Assembly: GCA_030141605.1 (NCBI GenBank)
Contig: JAQGDQ010000167.1
Coordinates: 394,204-458,203 of the forward strand
Direction of reading: 5' to 3'
Source of the DNA: Tubiluchus corallicola
Taxonomy: Eukaryota; Animalia; Priapulida
Length of the DNA stretch: 64,000 bases
Part shown: piece by piece, positions 55,405 through 64,000 of the stretch
Layout of the letters: every line of letters starts with the position of its first letter
How positions within the stretch are numbered: the stretch's first letter is position 1
The notes under the pieces: model-generated
The model's database searches: none
The model's input: only the letters and a program-made list of their open reading frames with translations
Told to the model about the DNA's origin: nothing
Program-made: the position numbers and the translations under genes

Positions 55405-56519
55405 CCCAGCGTTGTCATGGTTACGATTGTATACCAGAAGGATGCCGGGATACTAGTGAAAGTCGTTTGATCCTCATTTTTCTCTGCGTAAAACATGACT
55501 GTGGCAAATATGATAATAGCCATTGTGAGAGAGAACAGTAGAAAACCTAGTTCACTCGCACAACTCTTCAACGTGTAGCCCAGAATGCGCAGTCCTTGTG
55601 AATGTCTGGAAAACTTGAAAATACGAAAAACACGAAAAACTCTCAGAGTGACAAACGCACCACTGACGTCGTCGTTGTCGTCAGAAATGCCAAGTCCAAT
55701 GTAATAGGGGGCGATGGCAACAACATCGATGATGCTCATGACGCTGCGTACGAACTTGCATCTGTCCGGAGCAGCAAAAAGTCGAAGTAAATACTCTGCG
55801 GTAAATATCATCACACAAGCAGTATCAGTACAAAAAAATATTAAATGATACCGTTCCCCACACGATAAATTGACTAGAGTTTTAGGATCGATGCCACATG
55901 GCACTGTGTCGACCACATTGCCCATGACTGAAACAGCTATGAAGAACCCGGTGACATAATAAAACACAAGAGCAGCCGTGCTGGTATGAGGATTTTCAAA
56001 TGCTCGCCACATACGCTCTCGGACTGAGCCACATGGATACTGCCCTTCTCCATTGTCGGAGAGCCTATCATCTTGCAACCTCTCCGTATTCTCTCTTTTC
56101 TTGTCCTTATAATCTTCAAAACAACAATCACCAATAATGTCTGGGATTATACCAAAGAACGATAGTTCCTCTTCAAAAGCTTGCACGCATTCGTGCTTTG
56201 GATAGTGTAACTTGCCTGTACGGTAATAGGTTAGAATGTGTCGGAAGATGTCCGGATCTCGATCGAAAAAGTACTCCTTGACGTCATCATCGTAAAAGAA
56301 CTCACGTTCGTTGGATCCGAGCAGAGTATCGGGATATTTTTCTACCGTATTCCGCCATGTTTCAAAGCAACGTCCACTCACGTTTATGATAAGTTTTTCA
56401 TCAGTTTGCCGAGGTTCATCTTTGCAGACTGGTGACTTCGGAAATGTGCTCTGAGCAAGTGGGACCCAACCTACGGCTGCGGCACGGGCAAACGGTAACC
56501 AGGCAGCTACTGAAGCCAT
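55405..56519 (-). CDS. Shal: Voltage-gated potassium channel Shal/Kv4, first coding exon (N-terminus, T1, S1-S5, pore helix to first G of GYG); partial CDS
   Basis: [18 protein letters not shown] KChIP-binding N-terminus; T1 with EYFFDRDP and HX5CX20CC zinc site; S4 [15 protein letters not shown]; pore [12 protein letters not shown]; very similar to Drosophila Shal as recalled. Confidence 0.99.
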
Positions 56520-56570
56520 CTGTGTTTCGTCACACTTGTACATAGAAAAAAGAAAAAAGTTTATTAGTTA
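56520..56570 (-). other. 3' splice acceptor region just upstream of the Kv4 ATG
   Basis: Minus strand taactaat (branch-like), ttttttcttttttct tract, then AG at 56536-56535 and CAG directly before ATG. Confidence 0.7.
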
Positions 56571-58224
56571 CAAAAAAGTTCCATAGGTGCAGACAATAAT
56601 GCCAAGGGTGAACAATAAATGAATAACAACCAGTGATCAGAGACTAACAAGTAGTAATCAACTGTTACAGTGCAAAGGTAGTTCATCCGGCTTTGGGAAT
56701 ATAAATCAGAATCTTCAGTAAGTTACCCCACCTGAACAAGATCACCCTTCTGACACAATGTCTGCCGTCAAAGTTGATGAAAATGCTTTTCATATGTATG
56801 GTAATGGTACCAAACAAGTACTAGCTGCGTTGCCATTGCTTTAGTTGTGTGGGCAACCTGTCCTACTGCGCTCCTAAACTTTGGCTAGTAAAATAGTAAG
56901 AGCAGTCTAAGTATTAGAAGGCAGCCACCATTTTTCAAATCGTTCACATCAATATTGTTCGTGACCTTTGAGTAATTAAAATGTCCATAACTATCTGCAC
57001 TCAGCTGCGCTTCTTTTGCATACAATGACCACGCTGTGTTCATCACACTGCTCTTGCAATAGCCCACAGCACAGCCAAATTTGATGCATGGATAAATGGA
57101 ATGAATTGTCATATTTAATACAAGCTACCAGCATTCACTATACAATAGTGGTACTTAGCCGTACTCATGCAGTAAATGCTTAATTATATTAAATCGTAAT
57201 GTAATAAGCATTTTTAACCGTCTAACTCAGCCTTGACTAAATAAAAACTTTTATCTGAGGTACCTAAACAATCCAACTTATTAATAGGATTCTTCTGCGT
57301 AGTTACAAAGGACTAACTCCTGTCTGTATAAGCACCGTTGTCGTTGTAGTTAGTTCTTTCCACTGATAATGACATAAATTCTAAAGCGTGTTCGGAAATT
57401 TTAATGCGTTCTGTTGTATTTAAAATATTTTTTTATGATTTTTATACTTTGTATAATTTTAAATTTTATTTTATAAATAAGCAATCAATAAGGCGGTCAG
57501 ACAAGCAAACAAACTTTCCTATATCATTACGTCATGTCGTTGAACCAGCTAGCTAATCATTTCGTTTTTACTTCAAATCAATTTAAGTAATAAAGTATTC
57601 ATCTCCACAAATGCGCTTAGTACGGAATTATGGCGAATTCGTCTTTCACCCAGCTCTCCGCCATTTTCCATTTAGCAAAATTTCTCGTAGCGTAAGTGAT
57701 ACTTGATCTTTTTGTGAAAGTGTTGCAATAACATTGCTGAGTGCCTGTTCGACAAAGCTGGCAATTTCCCTCTGCGACAGTGGCTTCTGGCTCAAGTGGG
57801 CGAACTTCATCATGGTTATACGTGGCACGCAACGGCTTCCATTTTAATGAAACGGTTGCCATTTCATATTATAGGTTTCCATTTATATTGTTTTTTTACT
57901 GTAACCTTTTCGTCACCCCTGCTCCCTCTCCTTTCTAAACAATACTTTTGTTCTTTTAATCAAACGAGACAATCACACACTTCATTTAAAGGTACTCCAA
58001 CTCCCCAAAAATCCTGCCTATACTGCCCCCACTTGAATGTAACGTTCTCTCCGTGGGCTACATTATACACGCTACAGTGTTTGTTATTTCCGTGGTAATT
58101 TCGCTCAAGCTGGAATCTCTCGAAACGTCTGTGAAGAATGAATATAAATTACATAAACCAAACACAGCTCTATGACTTCATACGACCACAGATGTGATGC
58201 ATGTTTTCATTTGTGTCAAAACAC

Positions 58225-58660
58225 TTTAAAATACAGGCCAAACCTTCTGGGAGGTTAGGCTTATTTCAATGTTCGCGAAAAATGTTAGAAAGATCTAGTA
58301 ATAAAATTGCAATAAGCGTCTCGTGTAACTAATAAAATCACTTTAAAGTTGCGACCACTTCATGCTTGGGCGCTCCCATTTTCAATGCTAATTTCAATCT
58401 TCGTCAAAGTATAATAAGTTCTTACAAAAACATTAGATTTTTTGTAAAAATTTAGATTTTGTAATATTTTTGTGAAAATTAGGTAAGCTGCAAAAGTTAG
58501 AATTAATTTAAGCAGCGCGCGCTTACGAAAAGTCACGAAGTCTCCCAGTTACGTCATGATTTTCAAGTGAATGGCGGCATCCTCCACGCCTGAAAATTTC
58601 TATTCAGAGGTAGTATATTTTAAATTTATGTTTTATAGGTAGTTCTGTGCAAGTTTCTTT
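58225..58660 (-). mobile_element. Kolobok/T2-like MITE family B (partial)
   Basis: Colinear with 25570-26040 (aataaaattgcaataag; gattttcaagtgaatggcggca). Confidence 0.8.
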
Positions 58661-59865
58661 GTTAAATTTTTTAAATTAAAATTTCTATTATTATATTAAT
58701 GGCCAATAATATAAGTGGGGCCATTTTTGTATTACCAACAGAGATCGTTCTTGTAATAGAATAAATTCAAATTATTACAATTCTAAAATTTTTATTTTAA
58801 TTTTGGCATCAAAGTCAACTTATAAGTCAATATTTTTCAATTTTTGGCATCGAAGACATTAAAAGAATTATAAAAACGCAGTCACGACTTTCTGCATGAC
58901 CTGATTTATAAGACAAATAATTATATCATATGAAAATTCGTGACATTTCGTATCTATTAATTGAGAAATGTTATCATTAAAGGCCTTAAACGTATTGTTT
59001 TTAATGTTTTAAGGCACAAATGTAGGCTTGAAATCAAAAAGCTGGCGCTTGGTATTGAAACCAGCTTGATCTCAGCGCCCTCTTTTGCATGTTAATGGAT
59101 CCGCCCTCCAAGAAGCCAAATACGTTGAAGTGTGCGAAATGTTCAACTTAGCAAACAAGGCAGTGAAGCCAAAGCAATTCTGCTTTCCCTGTTTAATGCA
59201 AGCATTTAAATCAGTATGCATAGGTTGCTGAAAGTGAATCATTTTTGAATTTCAGCACAACTGACTTCACTTGAATCAATTATTATATATCTGCACAGGG
59301 ACGTTAATCATTACCTGAAGGCAGGAGGGGACAGCTGGTGCCTTTTCCTTGTCATTTTCCTTCAGGCAGCAAAGATTCCAGCGCGTCTGCTACTTGCATA
59401 AACTTTTTAAGTTACAAAAGTGTGTATTTGAGCGTTTCATCATAGGAAGCTAGGAGGGAGAAAATTCTGCTGTCTTCTTACAAAAGAGGTAAAAATGAGG
59501 TAAGCAGGGGCGGAAGAGGGTAACCTGGAAATGTAAAAAAGCACAAAGACAACCGTTTATCTTTTTCTAAAAATACGTAAAAACAACGGCAAGACATTCC
59601 AACATTTTAAGGCAATATTATTGTGACCTGTTACTGTTAATAAATTTCAAACAAATAAATTTTGATGAAGTTTATAGGAACCTTAGAAGATGTTTCGTTT
59701 ACACTATGATGATGCACCTGCACGCCCATTCCTTCATTGTGACATTTCATGGAGTTTCCAACCTTCTGAAGTAATTTGACTTTGATCCAAACCGTTTGCT
59801 AGCTGTTTAAAAAGTAATATTTTGTGAAAGGAAGTGCTCTTCTTGCAACAAACTGCCTGAGCTAT

Positions 59866-59910
59866 ATGATTACATGTTCCTGGCTACAAAGTTAAGCAAC
59901 GTCAGGCCAC
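59866..59910 (+). mobile_element. 5S rRNA-related repeat fragment, possibly head of a longer SINE extending to ~60290
   Basis: aagttaagcaacgtcaggcc matches 5S; upstream atgattacatgttcctggctacaaagttaa resembles the minus strand at 8143-8173. Confidence 0.45.
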
Positions 59911-60712
59911 ATCGTAGAATGTTAGCAGCATCCGTAACTATGAACATTACAATAGTGTCACCCGTACGTTCAGAGGACGGTCGTGACAGAGGCAACTAAA
60001 TAGCCGAGTAGGCACGCTCGTGTGGTTCGCAACTAGGCTGGTAAGTGAACGGATCTGTAGCAGTTTCGCTAGATAGTCACCACGGGTGGCTTCACTCGGC
60101 ATTCCTTAGCAAGGAAAGCATATATTCATATCCGAATGTGGCTGAGACACGTCAGTTGGTTCATTGGCTCATCTTAATCGGTTCTATTCGATAATGAGCC
60201 TGCCTCTGGTTTTTGCCACAAACAGCAACACTATGCAGGCCCTACCCGATGAATGGTAATTGTAGTGACTACTGTGTTATTTGCTCTTTTTGTTAACAGT
60301 CCCAATTTAAACGAAAAAAAAGACACAACTGATTCTGGTTGACCGAACCATCGTCCACAGTCCTTGCAAAGTCATTTCCCAATACTAATGTTCATAAATA
60401 GCAACATTTTGTTTTGCCGCGCACGTGCGCGCAGCGGTGAGCCGCTTTATGCGCGGAGAAGTTTAATATTTAAAAGCGGTTTATGATATCAGGGATTTCA
60501 GAGTTGAATTCAGATTGAGCAGTTTGTAGACTTACGTAAGATCGTGTAAAGGTCACCATTAATCAATACGAGTAGTCGAATTCACACTGGGACATCATGC
60601 CTTTTATTAATTGATGCTTTGTTAATTGCCTTTTTGCCGATATCAGTTTATATGTGTTACTGAGTGGCTATTGAACACATAGGTTGCACATAATCAGCTA
60701 AACTGCAAGCGC

Positions 60713-61301
60713 TTAAAGGAAAACGGGACGATTTTTCATATCCTACTGGTTTTTCAAGTACAGTAAAAAGCATACATTTTAAAAGCGTTTCTGATAATTA
60801 AATAATAGATTAAAATCTTGATTAACGGCGTACAAGCCCAACTATTGATGAAATCACAAATGAACATAATTTTCAACAGCGAAAACATTCCATGAACGTG
60901 TTGCACATGTTTGAGAAAGAAAAGATTGAAGTACAGCACTACTGTAAAAGATTCAGTGTGTTGTACACAAAACTCGGCAAGTTTTAAGATAAAAATTGAA
61001 ATTTCAAATTTAACACTGTGCTCACACATAAGCTGTTCAACATGTGTACTACGTCACAAACGAACACCGCTGAACTGAGAGGTACAGTACCTGTTTTTTG
61101 TGCAATGCGTTTCCGACATGCAGGTGTTAGAGACCGTCTAACTAGACGAAATGCATGTAACAGCAAAGAACTAGTGGCGTGAACGCAAAATTGCATTTCT
61201 GTGGTAACAATTTTTTCACGTAAGTCATTCTTGAAAAAATAGTTTGCTTCCTTTCAATATTTTAAAGAGTAGATTGGTTCGACTGTCCGGTTTTCCTTTA
61301 A
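60713..61301 (+). mobile_element. Full-length Kolobok/T2-like MITE family A with TTAA TSD
   Basis: TTAA-AGGAAAACGGGAC ... GTCCGGTTTTCCT-TTAA (TIR with 1 mismatch); four further copies in window. Confidence 0.9.
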
Positions 61302-61731
61302 ATATCAGAATAAAAAAATAATAAAAGTGCCCAAGTAATCGCGGACATCTTTGATTATTATCAAGAATAATTATTCTCAATTGTTAATGCTTCAAGGCCG
61401 TTGTCAAGACCAACTGTAAACAATAATAATACTTTATTATTGTTTATAAAGATCTAAAGCTATACACACTGAACCAGACAAATAGAAGAAATTATACTAG
61501 TCAATACATACAAAAATGCAAAAATTACCAATTACCAACAAAGAAATATTTGTCAATTTTTATGTTGTAATTGGTGTAATTTCTTGTACAGCTGGTATAT
61601 AGCAAATGTATAGCCCCAAGTGTTTATATACATTTTTCATTGGGGCAAAACGGCAGAGTTTGCTGAAGATGTCATGACTGCTTGGACGCTGGTTATTTGG
61701 TTCATTCTGAAACTAAGATTCTCAGATCACC

Positions 61732-62211
61732 AATAAGCCTTTTCACAGTTCCGTTGTGCGCAAGCGCAGTTGCCGCAGGTCAAAGGTTAAGTGTACCACA
61801 GCAACGAGTCTTAACTATACATACAAGTTTTAATGTAAATATGATTTTAATTTTACGTTTTTATTGTATGTAACATTTTAGCAATAAAGAATAATAATAA
61901 ATAATATTAATAATAATAACTACAACCGTCACGTGATAGCAAAGGCATCTGCTGCATCAGTTCAGTAACTTTGTGACTTTTTATGCATTAGTCTGTGCTA
62001 GAGTGATTTACTAGCACGATCTTGCTTGGGAACAAGAAAAAATAAAGTAGGAAATGACCTTCCTAGTTTATTAGCTAGCTGTTAAAACTTATTATTACAA
62101 TAGCTTGGGCTGCGAAGCTTTGCCAAGTGTAGACAAATGAGTCTCTGGTACGCTTAACCTTTAACCTTTTCACGATTATCATCAATCGCTGGAACTGTGA
62201 AAAGGCTTATT
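61732..62211 (+). mobile_element. MITE family C, full length, with ~100-bp nested retroposon tail
   Basis: TIRs aataagcctttttcacagttcc / ggaactgtgaaaaggcttatt; extra AT-rich segment ~61818-61916 absent from 34785-35150. Confidence 0.85.
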
Positions 62212-62734
62212 TATTTCGTAAGCAATACCTGTTTGTACTAATAATCTGCCACCAGTGCATTAATGTAAAACACGAACACTTTTCAAACAACCTAGACAAT
62301 TCTAACCATTGGAAAATGTTATTAAGAAACGACAGAAAAGTGTATAACAAGAGTGTTTAACCCATTCCACTCAGCCATGTTAGGATGCATTACGAAATGT
62401 AATTACTCTTTATTAAGATTTGCATTGATAATTAATTAATTTCCATAAGAAGCAAATTGGGCCTTTTAATTAAAGTAATTTCTCTCGATTTGCATCGCGG
62501 CAGGGTAGTCAAATTTCCCTGAAATGGGAGCTGATTTGCAGTGTGTGCTGCGCCCTCAGGCGTGTTATTGGTGAACTGTGAAGTGTAAGGAGTTCTTGAA
62601 GCAGATCTAGCCACTTGTCCAGTTAATTAAATTGTCAGATCTGTTCGAGTGTGTAATGAGATTTGTCACGTGACAGCTAGGTATATAATAAAGAAAGCAA
62701 AGAAAGTGCCAATAGTGACAGTGGGGCGACAGAG

Positions 62735-64000
62735 ATTTTTTTTTATTTTAATAATAGATCTTTATTCAAGAAATGAACGTATATACAAAAAGGTGCCTCT
62801 TTTTGCAGGATCAGATCAACGATTTACATTTTCATATAACAAATCTTTCACGCTATGTGCAACGAATAACATACTATACTTAAATTAGATTTAATTTCAA
62901 ATGATTCACAAGTATCATACACATGAATTAACTTTATACACATACATAATTTATTTTTGTATACTCGAGCGGGTCTAAATTAACAATTATTTAGTATAAA
63001 ACTATCTCTGATCAGGTTAGCAAAAGCCATTATTAAATTTTTATCAGATTGAAGCATAATATTGCGTGTATAATTGGCATCAGCTATTTCTATGAAACGC
63101 ATTCTTTTTGTATTATCTACTTTATTGCATCTGAATAAAATGTGCTGAGGAGTTTGCTCTTCTTCTCCACATGGACATAAACTAGTATCACATATTAAGT
63201 CTATACAAAAAGCTATTAAAATTCTCCTTGCCAGTTAAAAAAGACATGGCAATGGATTTTATTTTCCTTTCATTATTTCCAAGCGGCAAGATCAATTGTT
63301 TACATTTTATATTCTGCATTTCAACATATTTTCCTCGAAATTACATAACATGCCTATATTTATTTGACCAGTTACAAGAAACATAATCCATAATTTGAAG
63401 TTTAGTATACGTTAACATATTTTCATGAACTTTTTCAAGATCTGTTGTACGGAAGTTTTCATTCCAGACAAATTTTAAAAAGTGTCTCACAGCCTGCGCA
63501 TGTGTATACATAATATTTTTATAAATATGCCTTCCTGTCAGACGTGCACTACCGTACCGCAGAATCTTTTGTTTAACTAAATCATCAGCATTCTGACATA
63601 ACGTCTTGAGACAAGATTTAGCAACAATTACATTTAATTCAATGTCTAACGGTGGAAGACCACAAAGTATTTCCAATTTAGTTCGATCTGGTTTAAAAGC
63701 AGACCCCGCAGAAACTTTCATTATATCACAGATTATATTTTCAAATACAGAAAGTTTTTTACTTAACCATGCAATAGCACCGTACTGTATAATCGGCAAA
63801 ATAGTAGTTATATAAATGTTTACAATGGGAGCAAGTCGCTAACCTCTATATTTTCTGCAATTGTTTTTTTACTTTCAACCATCTGTACCATACCTTTTTA
63901 TGAACATTACTCGCGTGTTTAGCAAATGTTAATTTCCGATCAACAGTAAGGCCTAATATTTTGCTGTCTTCAACAAACAATATTTCAATAATAGCGAGGA
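62735..64000 (-). mobile_element. Non-LTR retrotransposon ORF2 3' part (I/Nimb/R1-group-like), disrupted, runs off window end
   Basis: Minus strand KILGLTVDRKLTFAKHA (RT thumb), PIIQYGAIAW, LEILCGLPPLDIEL, C-terminal CPCGEEEQTPQHILFRC knuckle; frameshifts/stops; A-rich tail near 62735-62750. Confidence 0.85.

Noticed and set aside
56520-56543. ORF-track start MYKCDETQ as the true Kv4 N-terminus
   Set aside because: Conserved Shal start is MASVAAW; the upstream ATG sits in an acceptor context
57617-57862. Upstream 81-aa ORF on the Kv4 strand
   Set aside because: No recognisable homology; at most a uORF, untestable from sequence

Overview
AT-rich eukaryotic (protostome invertebrate, probably lophotrochozoan) genomic DNA. 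The one well-supported host coding feature is the large first coding exon of a Shal/Kv4 (KCND-family) voltage-gated K+ channel on the minus strand (ATG 56519 to a GT donor after 55405, splitting the first Gly codon of the pore GYG motif). I did not find the next exon (YGDMVP...) by eye, so 1..55404 is probably part of a giant (>55 kb) intron, and 56520..64000 is 5'UTR intron or upstream sequence. The non-coding DNA is a dense patchwork of non-autonomous DNA transposons (three TTAA/AGG-ended Kolobok-like families, hAT-, mariner-, Harbinger-, MULE-like and Helentron-associated elements, one foldback element), tRNA- and 5S-derived SINE fragments, decayed LINE 3' ends, minisatellites and long compound microsatellites. 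Almost all other ORFs in the track are repeat artefacts. I see no evidence of a new multi-gene system; the notable items are Kv4 sequence variants, splicing architecture, nested TE histories, a 5S-derived repeat family and a 45-bp repeat that may be decayed coding sequence. All alignments were done by eye and superfamily assignments are recalled from terminal signatures, not database hits.
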